A stretch of 64,000 bases of DNA, from IMG/VR virus record IMGVR_UViG_2786546892_000017; one strand, given 5' to 3'. How positions within the stretch are numbered: position 1 is the first letter of the stretch; the number at the start of each line of letters is the position of its first letter. Below are positions 1-8,454 of this stretch, piece by piece. Source of the DNA: a virus. Its lineage: Duplodnaviria; Caudoviricetes. Under the pieces are notes generated by a model. The model did no database searches and was not told the DNA's origin. It was given only the letters and a program-made list of their open reading frames with translations. Position numbers and translations under genes: made by a program.

Positions 1-122
1 ATGATCTGGTAGGAAATCGTTGCGTTGTTCCCCCAGATCCGGTACGCGAGGTAGTCGTACAGGAGGATCGCGGGGGCCGCGAGGACGATCAGGATTAGGG
101 TCAGAGTTTCGCCGGTGTTCAT
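1..122 (-). CDS. small membrane protein, truncated by window edge (possible holin-like)
   Basis: GAGG RBS then ATG at 122; MNTGETLTLILIVLAAPAILLYDYLAYRIWG... has one hydrophobic helix. Confidence 0.45.
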   Translation of the reverse strand, partial: MNTGETLTLILIVLAAPAILLYDYLAYRIWGNNATISYQI

Positions 123-132
123 GTGATACCTC

Positions 133-660
133 TCATGTCGTCAGGGGATCGCCTGCCCCGGCCGCCAACAGCCCGAGCGTGGTGGTGACGATCGTGGCCT
201 GGTCGAGCCTTGCTCCGCACTGAGCGGCCACGGTCGCGGGGTCGGTCGCACCGGCGATGCCGCCCGGTCCGCGGTTCGCTGCAATTTGGGCGGTGATCGC
301 AGCGGCAGTGGGCATGGCCACGTTGGCCGCCGCCGCGATCAATTGGAGGGTCGCCCAGAGCCCTTCGGCCACGTCGTTCACCCGGTAGTGGAGGGCCGCG
401 TCCCCGGCCCTGGCCCCCGTTGCGGTCGGTGAGACGCCGCCGAGCATGTCCGCCTGGGCCGACTGCGTTAGCCACGTCGTCGTTGCCGCGGTCAAGTCGC
501 CGACCGTGTCCGGCAGCGGTCCGCCGATCTGGGGCGGCGGCCCCGACCAATAAAATACCTGATACCCGGGGTACAAAGCCGGGTTAACGGTGGTGTCATC
601 GTGAGTCGCAAATATGCTCCCCGTAACGCCGTCCGCGTTGATGGACGCGACAATTTGCAT
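133..660 (-). CDS. hypothetical protein downstream of tail fibre
   Basis: ATG at 660 overlaps stop of fibre gene (TGATG coupling); MQIVASINADG... Confidence 0.6.
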   Translation of the reverse strand: MQIVASINADGVTGSIFATHDDTTVNPALYPGYQVFYWSGPPPQIGGPLPDTVGDLTAATTTWLTQSAQADMLGGVSPTATGARAGDAALHYRVNDVAEGLWATLQLIAAAANVAMPTAAAITAQIAANRGPGGIAGATDPATVAAQCGARLDQATIVTTTLGLLAAGAGDPLTT

Positions 661-2360
661 CACAGTGCCCGGAAGTTCGTGAGTTTCGGGTAAGCCGTGT
701 ACGACCCGCTGCCGAGGTAGTACCACCCGCACCCGGCCGACAGCAGCGTGTTCGCGTAGGTCGAGTCAGTGGCTGTTATGATCGTGGTCCCGTCGAGCTG
801 GACCGTGATAGATGAACCCAACATGATCACGGTCAGAGTGTGTGTGGCGCTCGCGGCCCACGAGAAGGTGTAGGCGGTCCCGAGTACCGTCGCCGCGTTG
901 GACACGAACTTTTGTAGGGTGACTTTCCCCGTGTTCGTGTCATAGGCCACCTGATACCCGTTCTGGTTGATCGTGCCGGTCCCGAGGCGAGTCCAGATCT
1001 CGCCGGCCCAACTGCCCGACGCCGGGGCCGTAAAGTCGCATGAAATCGTGTAATCGCCCTTCCCCAGGTTCATGTAGCAGATCGTGTTGCCGCTACTCGC
1101 CCCGGCTTGAATCAGAGCGTTACCACTAATCTGTCCAGTCCCGCCGACGATTGACCACGCCGGCCCCCACGTAGGGGTGTGAGCGGTGATATTCGTACTC
1201 GTGGTGTCGATAAAAGCGTCATACGCCGTCATCCCGTTGAACCCGGGACCAGACACTAAAGCGCCATAGTTACTAACGATACCGAGCGGCGGACTGAACA
1301 GTGCCGTGTTGCCGACATTGACGGCGGTCAATGGGTAGGTACACGCTGCTACGGTGACTTTGGCTCCCTGTTGCGACAATACGACCTGAGAATTCCCGTA
1401 GAACTGGACCGCTTGAAGTAACGCTTCCCCGCCATACGCCGCACTGACCGCGGCCGAGGTGCAGTAGGTAATGAGGCCGCCGAAAAGCTGGACGTGGCCC
1501 ATGCCGGCCGTCAGGTCGATTCCAGCCCCGCAGGCGCTGATACTGAGTCCGGTATTTGATGAAAAAAAGAATCCGGGTCCATACGTCCGGACTCCGATCG
1601 TACACCCGGTGATAGAAATGGTCCCGGAGGTGTTGAGTTCGCCGTCCCCGATTTGGGCGCCGGTCGTGAGGTTTTCAATCGTGCATGCCGTTATTGTCGT
1701 TCGGGACCGTCCCGTCTGGTTGATGCCGGTCTGACCATTGATCGTCGTGCCGTTAATTGTGAGATTGGAAACCGTCAATCTCACGTTGTCGGCCGCCACG
1801 GTGATGCAAGTGGCCGACGCCGCAACAGTCAATATTGTACTGCTGCCATTAATAATCAGACTGCCGCTTTGCGGTCCATTGATCGTGACCGCCGTGTTGG
1901 CGAAAGTCTGACTCGCCAGAGCCAGCGTCACGCTATTCGTCGGCGCGACTTCGCAATCTCGACAGAATAGTAACGCGTTGGCGATCGTCGTGAACCGGGA
2001 CGACGTGCCGACCGCCAGGGATACGTTGGCCGCGACGAACCACAGTTTCCAGTACGTGTAGGCGTCGGTCGTCGGGTCGTTACCCGTGGTCGAGGCGATG
2101 CACTGGTAGTAGTTCCCGTCACTCCCGATGACGACGGCTCCGGCCCCGTAGGTCGTCGTTGACAAGTAAGTTGCTAGACCGTCTTGCAACAGTGCGAACG
2201 TCCCGGCCTTGTCCGGGAGCGTAAATGTGCGAGCAGCCGTCAACCCTGTGGGGTCCACCACAGCGAGCCCGAGTTCCAAAGCATCGGTGCCCGACTGGAA
2301 CTCGTCCGACGCGAGAGTCGACGAGTCTCGGTAGAGCGGGCTGCGAGGGGTGCCGGCCAC
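660..2360 (-). CDS. tail fibre/tailspike: small carbohydrate-binding module, beta-helix region and C-terminal lectin-like beta-sandwich
   Basis: 566 aa T/G/S/A-rich; YGAGAVV..DGNYYQC...W motif; TIANAL followed by repeating beta-helix-like pattern; position at distal end of tail genes. Confidence 0.7.
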   Translation of the reverse strand: MAGTPRSPLYRDSSTLASDEFQSGTDALELGLAVVDPTGLTAARTFTLPDKAGTFALLQDGLATYLSTTTYGAGAVVIGSDGNYYQCIASTTGNDPTTDAYTYWKLWFVAANVSLAVGTSSRFTTIANALLFCRDCEVAPTNSVTLALASQTFANTAVTINGPQSGSLIINGSSTILTVAASATCITVAADNVRLTVSNLTINGTTINGQTGINQTGRSRTTITACTIENLTTGAQIGDGELNTSGTISITGCTIGVRTYGPGFFFSSNTGLSISACGAGIDLTAGMGHVQLFGGLITYCTSAAVSAAYGGEALLQAVQFYGNSQVVLSQQGAKVTVAACTYPLTAVNVGNTALFSPPLGIVSNYGALVSGPGFNGMTAYDAFIDTTSTNITAHTPTWGPAWSIVGGTGQISGNALIQAGASSGNTICYMNLGKGDYTISCDFTAPASGSWAGEIWTRLGTGTINQNGYQVAYDTNTGKVTLQKFVSNAATVLGTAYTFSWAASATHTLTVIMLGSSITVQLDGTTIITATDSTYANTLLSAGCGWYYLGSGSYTAYPKLTNFRAL

Positions 2361-2364
2361 TTAA

Positions 2365-2991
2365 TCACCCCGCCGTCTTGATCGGCGTTTGTGGCTGGAA
2401 CTGGACCTGCGTTGCAGAGAGGGCCACGCCCAACACCTGGGCCGTCTGCCCCGCGGTGTACGTCGGGATCGTGGTGGTCCCCACCCCAGCCGTGGCATTC
2501 GAGAGGACAACCGTGCTCCCGGGCGTCATCCCGGACACGTTCGAGTTGATCCCGCTCATGTAGATCGTGTTGGCGGCCGGCGACGTCGACGCTGTAGTAA
2601 CGTAGCCGTGTGCCCATTTCCCGTTCGTCGTCCCGTCCGCTTTCTGGATTGTCGCGACCCCGGAATTGCTCCAGACATGAACCCACGCCCCGGCCGCCAG
2701 AGTGTCCGACGTGGGCAACGAAATCGTGTCCGGTCCGACGCCAGTCGGGAGGACGGTAACGTCGAGTTGGCCCCCGGAATTCAGTAACGGGATCTTTCCC
2801 GAACTCCCCGCGCCGGCACTGACAATCGTCGTGTTGAGCAGCGACGTGTCGACCTGGGCCGACGAATTTAGGGCGACGGGATTGCCAGCTACGGCCTGGG
2901 TGTCTGTCGACAATTGGGCCGGGCGAATGTCGTCCAAAATCCCGGTCGTCGGGTCTCGCCCGGCGAGCATGGTTGCCGTGGAGCTTGACAT
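2365..2991 (-). CDS. virion structural protein (decoration/cement-like)
   Basis: T/S/A/G-rich, KAD..AHG and Q.LGVALSAT motifs similar to the neighbouring gene. Confidence 0.55.
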   Translation of the reverse strand: MSSSTATMLAGRDPTTGILDDIRPAQLSTDTQAVAGNPVALNSSAQVDTSLLNTTIVSAGAGSSGKIPLLNSGGQLDVTVLPTGVGPDTISLPTSDTLAAGAWVHVWSNSGVATIQKADGTTNGKWAHGYVTTASTSPAANTIYMSGINSNVSGMTPGSTVVLSNATAGVGTTTIPTYTAGQTAQVLGVALSATQVQFQPQTPIKTAG

Positions 2992-2994
2992 TAT

Positions 2995-3555
2995 TTACAC
3001 CGCGAGGGTTATTGGGGGTTGTGGGTCTATGAACACCGTCTGGGCACCGATTGCGTATCCAACAACGAGCGAAAACACGGATGACGGAGCAGTCGGCGGG
3101 CTCTGGGTCAACGCCCCTGCCACACCCAGAAAGACTGGACCTAGAGACCAATTCCAACTCGGCTCCGTGACAGGTCCGTAAGCCGTCACGTTCACGGTTT
3201 CTCCCATGGCCGCCGCACTCGCCGATAACCCGTATGCTTGCGAAAGACTCCCGGTCTGAGTCGCGTCGGCGTAGACCAAGCCGGTGGCAGTAAGCCGAAC
3301 AACTCGTTGCCCCCCGATATCGACGGCCGCAATCGCGGTGTACCCGTTCGATCCACCTTGCGGGCCGACGGGTCCCTGCTTCCCCTGCGGCCCCTGTCTC
3401 CCCGGAGCCAATACATACCTCGGGTCGCTGCGCACCACGACCGCCGGCCCGGCCACAACAATCGCATTCTGCGGGGCAGCCGACTCGATCGACTCTTGCG
3501 CCACGCCCGCGATCACTTGCGGCTGCTCCTCCGCAATCAGTTCGGGGCCGCTCAT
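2995..3555 (-). CDS. virion structural protein with short collagen-like repeat
   Basis: GRQGPQGKQGPVGPQG repeat; C-terminal part parallels 2365..2991. Confidence 0.55.
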   Translation of the reverse strand: MSGPELIAEEQPQVIAGVAQESIESAAPQNAIVVAGPAVVVRSDPRYVLAPGRQGPQGKQGPVGPQGGSNGYTAIAAVDIGGQRVVRLTATGLVYADATQTGSLSQAYGLSASAAAMGETVNVTAYGPVTEPSWNWSLGPVFLGVAGALTQSPPTAPSSVFSLVVGYAIGAQTVFIDPQPPITLAV

Positions 3556-3959
3556 GGGGGTGCGATCCTCCCCCGGAACGCCGTCATGGACCCATACGCC
3601 AACGGGGTCGCCGTCCCTAGCGGGTCAATCGTGTTGAGGGACGGGTTGTAGATGTTGAGTTGGTACGTCAGCACGACGCACGTCTGCCCAGCCGCCAAGA
3701 GCCCACCTGTCTGGATGCCCCACGTCGTGGCTTGCGCGACCGTCCAGTTAATCGCCCCCGTCGATCCGAGGGTCGCGATGGTCGGCGGGTCTGTTTCGGT
3801 CGACAGCGTGAATACGGTGCCACCGCCGCACGGGGCGATCGCCGTGAGGGTCGCCTTCCACCCCGTCAGGTCGATAGCATTGCCGTTCGGGTCGACGTAA
3901 ATAACGCCGTCCTCGTACGTCCCGCCGCAAACGAACGAAGTGTCATACTCGACGGCCAC
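3552..3959 (-). CDS. baseplate/tail-fibre adaptor-like protein (BppU N-terminal-like)
   Basis: GAGG RBS and GTG at 3959; DPNGNAIDLTGW motif; the longer 4670 ORF extension is judged spurious. Confidence 0.55.
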   Translation of the reverse strand: MAVEYDTSFVCGGTYEDGVIYVDPNGNAIDLTGWKATLTAIAPCGGGTVFTLSTETDPPTIATLGSTGAINWTVAQATTWGIQTGGLLAAGQTCVVLTYQLNIYNPSLNTIDPLGTATPLAYGSMTAFRGRIAPP

Positions 3960-3984
3960 GGGCAACACCTCAGTTTGTGCCGGG

Positions 3985-4008
3985 AACGTGCCGCCCGTTC
4001 GGGAACTA
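3985..4008 (-). promoter_or_regulatory. class II promoter (tail fibre operon)
   Basis: TAGTTCCC-N10-CACGTT. Confidence 0.8.
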
Positions 4009-4710
4009 CGCCGCCACCAACCGCCCCTCCTCCTCCACGTCAGCCGTCGAAGACGCGGCGCGACGATACACCAGCGGGGCGATCGGCTCGAATAGCCCCA
4101 GCCGGCGCCACACCGCGTAATGAGCCAATGCCGCTTCCTTGGAAATGAAGAGGCTGCACGGCACCGGCTGGACCGCGCGGGAATACCGCCCGTGCTCCCC
4201 CCGCGGGTGGTCCAACGGCTGATACCCCCGAGAGACGGGCGGCAGTACGACTTGCGGCACCCCCCAGACATGAGCCACCAGCCGGAAGCCCCGCTTCGCC
4301 AGAACCTTCCGGCCCCGCTCATTGCAAACCACAACATCCGGGTTACCCCGCACCCGTTGAATCTCGTAGGTGCAGATCTCCCGGCCCCGATACACGGCCA
4401 CCCAGTTCGGCCCGTAGTGATACCGGCACCAAAGGACGAGGGCATTGACGGCCGCGATAACGCTGGGGTAAGTGCCGAACTTCTTCTTGGTGAAAGGGTC
4501 GGCCACGCGGAAGGTGGTGCCCTCCGGACGCCGGTAGATGTGGTGGTATCCGATGTCCGCAATGGGATCTGAGTTGCGGAACTCGTCCCGCTCGGCCTGC
4601 GTGATGCGTGCGTTGCCTGAGTGAGCCAATGAATACGACGACACGTCCGCACCCCCGTGATAGAATTCACGTGAGGCGGTTGCGTTGGGCCGGGGGAACT
4701 TGTCCGGCAA
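4006..4710 (-). CDS. putative DNA-binding protein, AP2-like N-terminal region
   Basis: HIYRRPEGTTFRV...KKFGTYPSVIAAVNAL resembles the AP2 beta-sheet plus G.y.s..A helix; similar to 56230..56826. Confidence 0.45.
   Translation of the reverse strand: MPDKFPRPNATASREFYHGGADVSSYSLAHSGNARITQAERDEFRNSDPIADIGYHHIYRRPEGTTFRVADPFTKKKFGTYPSVIAAVNALVLWCRYHYGPNWVAVYRGREICTYEIQRVRGNPDVVVCNERGRKVLAKRGFRLVAHVWGVPQVVLPPVSRGYQPLDHPRGEHGRYSRAVQPVPCSLFISKEAALAHYAVWRRLGLFEPIAPLVYRRAASSTADVEEEGRLVAA
4611..4622 (-). promoter_or_regulatory. class I box without -10
   Basis: ACTCAGGCAACG inside gene 4006..4710, no TAnnnT at +8. Confidence 0.5.
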
Positions 4711-4743
4711 AGACTCTCCCCCGGCCTCTCTTCTTGTCCCGTG

Positions 4744-4767
4744 ATTATGTTTGCGAGGTGGGAACTA
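4744..4767 (-). promoter_or_regulatory. class II promoter (AP2-like gene)
   Basis: TAGTTCCC-N10-CATAAT. Confidence 0.65.
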
Positions 4768-5373
4768 CCGCTCCCCGTCGTCCGTCATGTGCTCCCTGAG
4801 CATCCCCACCGCCTCGCCCATCAACTGATCCACTCGCCCCTGCGTCAGTCCCATGATCGTCGCCGTCGTCTTCTTGCTGGCCGGGTCGCCACCGATGCCG
4901 GCCCGCAGTTTCACGACCGTTCGATGCGGCTCCGGGAGATATCGAACTGCCTCGCGCAACTGAACCATCTCCCCCGCCGCGTCCAGCTCCGCTTCGCCGC
5001 TCGCCCGCTGGTCGGCTAGCCCTTCCCACCCGTCGTCGTCGTCCTTCGTCTCGACAAACTGTTTGCCTGTTCGATCGTAGAACCTGACCAGTTCGACGAT
5101 GGCCCCGCGGATAAACTTTGCCGCGTAGGTGTCGACCGTCTCGCCCCACCCCGGCTGCCAAGTCGCCGCCGCCTCGCACACCGCCTGAAGCACCGCCGCA
5201 TTGACTTCGTCCCGCCGAAAGTGCCAGTGCGGGGCGTAGACCATTGCCGCGACCTTGGGTGCCAGCATCTTCAGAATGGCCAGCGGCTCGGGATAGCGGC
5301 GGTAGAAGTCCAAGACGAGCTGTTGCTGGTGCTCGCTGAGGGTCGGCGTGGGGCGTGGCGGGGGCGTGTCCAC
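4765..5373 (-). CDS. phage sigma-70 family RNA polymerase sigma factor (regions 2 and 4)
   Basis: AAATWQPGWG..DTYAAKFIRGAI (region 2) and LPEPHRTVVKLR...MGLTQGRVDQL (region 4). Confidence 0.85.
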   Translation of the reverse strand: MDTPPPRPTPTLSEHQQQLVLDFYRRYPEPLAILKMLAPKVAAMVYAPHWHFRRDEVNAAVLQAVCEAAATWQPGWGETVDTYAAKFIRGAIVELVRFYDRTGKQFVETKDDDDGWEGLADQRASGEAELDAAGEMVQLREAVRYLPEPHRTVVKLRAGIGGDPASKKTTATIMGLTQGRVDQLMGEAVGMLREHMTDDGER

Positions 5374-5417
5374 CAGTGGGTGGGACTCCGGACGGGGATA
5401 GTTTCGCGTGTTGGTGG

Positions 5418-5443
5418 ATTCTAGCGTGGGGCGTTGCCTGAGT
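5418..5443 (-). promoter_or_regulatory. class I promoter (drives sigma 4765..5373)
   Basis: ACTCAGGCAACG-N8-TAGAAT. Confidence 0.8.
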
Positions 5444-5449
5444 GGCTAA

Positions 5450-5833
5450 TCAATCTTTCGTCCATCCTGCAATCTCGGCTTCGAGTCGCCTTGTTATCGC
5501 GTCCCGCTCACTCTCGGGCGTGACCATCTGGATTCGCAAAATCAGGTTCCGCGCGACCCGCTCCTCCAACGTCGCCCCGGGGTAGTAGTTGTAAACCGAG
5601 TCCGGCACGGCCGGCGGGACGGCGTTGAGTAACCGCATTTCGCGGACGCCTTCCGCCAACGTCAGGTGCCCGGCGCGAACATCCTCGATCACTTTCGTCC
5701 GCGCGGGATCTTTGGCCACGAGCGGCGACGGCGGATGAGTGGGCTCTGTGTCGACCCCGTTGCCGCCGGGAGGAGGGCAGGAGTTCACGACCGCTACCAG
5801 AACGACGGCCACCACGATCAGTACGCTGGCCAT
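5450..5833 (-). CDS. secreted/lipoprotein-like hypothetical protein
   Basis: N-terminal hydrophobic run ending VVNSC. Confidence 0.5.
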   Translation of the reverse strand: MASVLIVVAVVLVAVVNSCPPPGGNGVDTEPTHPPSPLVAKDPARTKVIEDVRAGHLTLAEGVREMRLLNAVPPAVPDSVYNYYPGATLEERVARNLILRIQMVTPESERDAITRRLEAEIAGWTKD

Positions 5834-5936
5834 CCTCACGCCGTTGGTAGTCACGTTCGGGCCTGCCGGGGCGAAACTACGGTGCAAACACACCCAGATA
5901 TTCGCCGCCGGTAGGTGGACATTTGGATCTGCCAGT

Positions 5937-8444
5937 TTATGCCTTCCCCCATTTCCCCAGCGGGCAGGCTTCCTGCGGATACCACACCTTTCCCGGCTGG
6001 TCCTCCTTTTGCCCGGGTGCGAACCCCGCCGGCTTCACGTCGAGCGGACACCCGCACTGTGAGCAGCGGTCGTCCTTCCCGCGGGCCGGGCAGATGAGAC
6101 ACAGCGAGTACCGCTCCTTCGCCTTATCCTCGCTGACGAAATGAGAGCCGCCCAACCAGTGCCGCACCTTTGCGGCCCCGAAGTTCGCGATCTGCCGGGC
6201 GACGTTTGGAAGGTCCGGCTTGTCCTCGGGCCGACACCCGAGAACCATCAGCCCGTGATTGTTCTCGTACGATTCGAGGACCGTCCACTCCCGATGACTT
6301 TCCATGAACTTCGCGAGACCGGCCACGACACCAGGACCGCCGTCGTCCCCCTTGACGCCGAACGTGTTGGCGTCCGTACAGTGGACGACGATGTACCGGG
6401 AGACCGCGCCGGCCAGTCGGTCAAGGGTCTGGTGGACGGCCGATGCCGTGTGGTGGGTGTCGAGGAACAGGAGGTCGGTCGGCTCAATCTTTGCCCGGTC
6501 GAGATTCGTCACGTCGACCGTCAGCCCCCGGAATCCCGCCTCCCCGCGTTCGGCTGTGGCACTCTGCCAGTCGGGCTTGACCGCCGTGAAGTAGCTGCAA
6601 AACCGCTTGGCCTTGCTCGCTGCGAGAGCCGCGAACGCAGGGGGCTTGAACCACGCCGATACCTCCGTCACGTGGTCGCACTTGTCGGCCAGTGCCTTCA
6701 GCCGCTCTACATGCTCGTGGAAGTCGCTCGGAGTCGCCTTTGCCACAGCGTACAGGTCCACCAGCGGGGGTGCCTTCGACGTCTGCCCGCACGGGACACA
6801 CCCAGCGGCAGGCTCTGTCGCTTTCGGCTTCACTACCTCGGCCGGGAACCAGTTCGGCGCCGGCCCCCAGAACTTGTGATCCGTGATCGGTCGGCCGCTC
6901 AGTTGCCCGCTCTTGGCCTCGTAGCAGACGGCCGCGTGCCCTGTGAACACCCCGGGGGTGTTGACGTGGATGGATGGGGGGCAATTGGGATCAACGGTCA
7001 GGCGGACCCACTTCGAGCGGTCACCGTCGTGGTCCGGTTCGAGGATGACGGACCGGCCGCCCTCCCCCTCCTTGGCCGCCCGCTCCAGGTTCCGGAGGGC
7101 AACGCCGGTCCGCATCGTCAGTTGGTGCAACGGCTCGTGACGCTCCTTGACCGCGAGCCAACCGGTTTCGTTGAGTCCTTCGTAGTTCAGGTTGCTGATG
7201 ACCGGAGATTCAGGGTTCCTCGCGAGGGCATCCCCGATCCGGTCGAAGTACCCAGGCGGGTAAAGGACATCGTGTTCGAGGAAGACAATGGCGTCGAACT
7301 CAATCGGCCCCTGAACAAGAATGGCCTGTTTGATCTGCTTGACGATGGTAGCGTGGGAGCGGGTTCGATCCTTCACATCCAAGGTCGTGTTGATAAACGG
7401 GTTGCCGGGAATTACCCCCCAATCGCACGTTGAAACAAAAACCTCGTGCCGCCCCCGCTCGTTGGACTCATCGGCCGCCCGCTTGATCGTCGCGAGGGAC
7501 CGCTGAAGCAACGCGACCGGCTTCGTGTTGTCCGAGTACCAGACCCCCAGAAGCCGTTGCTTCTTGATTGGCAACGCCCGTTGGCCGAACGGCTGGATCT
7601 TCTCGGCCTGAACTGCAACTTGCTCGAACTGCAGCCGCGGGAACGCCGAATGATTGCCTGCTAGCAGCGACGGTGAGCCGCTGTTGACGTGCGCCGTCCA
7701 AACCTGCTCCGTCGCCTCGATCCCCAATTCCCGGTGCCCGATCAGGAGGTTCCTGACGGAAACCTGGTGGTGGAACGGGTAGGTCGGTAGGTCGCCGTTG
7801 GCATTGGCCCGGAAGCGGTGCCGCCACTTCAGGCCGGGCAAGCAAAGAGCCTTACCGCCCTTCCGCCGAAAGACTTCATGGATATACCCTTCCTCCATTC
7901 CGAATTGCTGGAAGAGGGGATTGAACCCGGGCCACGCCTCGCACCGGGCCATGAAACAGCCCAGACCCATCGAGTGGATTTCAAACGGCTCGTTCCCGGC
8001 TGCCCGCGGGTCGAGTTTCCAGACCCCCCAATACCCGGGAGGGTGGGTCGGTTCGAGATGCGAGGCCATGAGCCGGCCGTCGTCCGACACGAGAGGGCCG
8101 CTGACAATGTCCCGGCTGTCGGGGTTGACACGCGCGTAATCGATTGCCGCCTGAACTGCCCCGCCGCACAACGGCACATGGTCGTCCACGCACATCAGCC
8201 ACGGCGTCTGCGCGCACTCGAACAATGCCGACCGCGGGGCACTCGTCCCCGTCAGGTCCGGCCGATGAATGTATCGGCCCCCGACCGCCAGGGTCACCGC
8301 CCGGGTCTGCGGGCAGGCACGCGGGGCGTTGTCGAGGACGATGATCGGCGTTCGCGGGTGAAACTCGTGCAGGACTTGCAGGGTCATGTAGACCCCCTTA
8401 AAGTCCTGATACGTCGCCATGCCGATCGTTAACGGTTCGCTCAT
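5937..8444 (-). CDS. multidomain glycosyltransferase (two GT-A-like domains, SAM methyltransferase-like domain, Cys-rich tail)
   Basis: LTIGMATY..IIVLDN..LMCVDDH; VFLEHDVLY; TDLLFLDTHH; C-terminal CLIC...CSQCGC...CPLGKW. Confidence 0.8.
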   Translation of the reverse strand: MSEPLTIGMATYQDFKGVYMTLQVLHEFHPRTPIIVLDNAPRACPQTRAVTLAVGGRYIHRPDLTGTSAPRSALFECAQTPWLMCVDDHVPLCGGAVQAAIDYARVNPDSRDIVSGPLVSDDGRLMASHLEPTHPPGYWGVWKLDPRAAGNEPFEIHSMGLGCFMARCEAWPGFNPLFQQFGMEEGYIHEVFRRKGGKALCLPGLKWRHRFRANANGDLPTYPFHHQVSVRNLLIGHRELGIEATEQVWTAHVNSGSPSLLAGNHSAFPRLQFEQVAVQAEKIQPFGQRALPIKKQRLLGVWYSDNTKPVALLQRSLATIKRAADESNERGRHEVFVSTCDWGVIPGNPFINTTLDVKDRTRSHATIVKQIKQAILVQGPIEFDAIVFLEHDVLYPPGYFDRIGDALARNPESPVISNLNYEGLNETGWLAVKERHEPLHQLTMRTGVALRNLERAAKEGEGGRSVILEPDHDGDRSKWVRLTVDPNCPPSIHVNTPGVFTGHAAVCYEAKSGQLSGRPITDHKFWGPAPNWFPAEVVKPKATEPAAGCVPCGQTSKAPPLVDLYAVAKATPSDFHEHVERLKALADKCDHVTEVSAWFKPPAFAALAASKAKRFCSYFTAVKPDWQSATAERGEAGFRGLTVDVTNLDRAKIEPTDLLFLDTHHTASAVHQTLDRLAGAVSRYIVVHCTDANTFGVKGDDGGPGVVAGLAKFMESHREWTVLESYENNHGLMVLGCRPEDKPDLPNVARQIANFGAAKVRHWLGGSHFVSEDKAKERYSLCLICPARGKDDRCSQCGCPLDVKPAGFAPGQKEDQPGKVWYPQEACPLGKWGKA

Positions 8445-8454
8445 ATATGATTTC

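Noticed and set aside
3960-4670. Long N-terminal extension of ORF 3552..4670
   Set aside because: Overlaps the AP2-like gene in another frame, R/W/S-rich shadow composition; RBS and class II promoter support a start at 3959
6141-7433. 430-aa plus-strand ORF and similar long antisense ORFs (17619, 18537, 39039, 59638)
   Set aside because: Antisense shadows of well-supported minus-strand genes in GC-rich DNA
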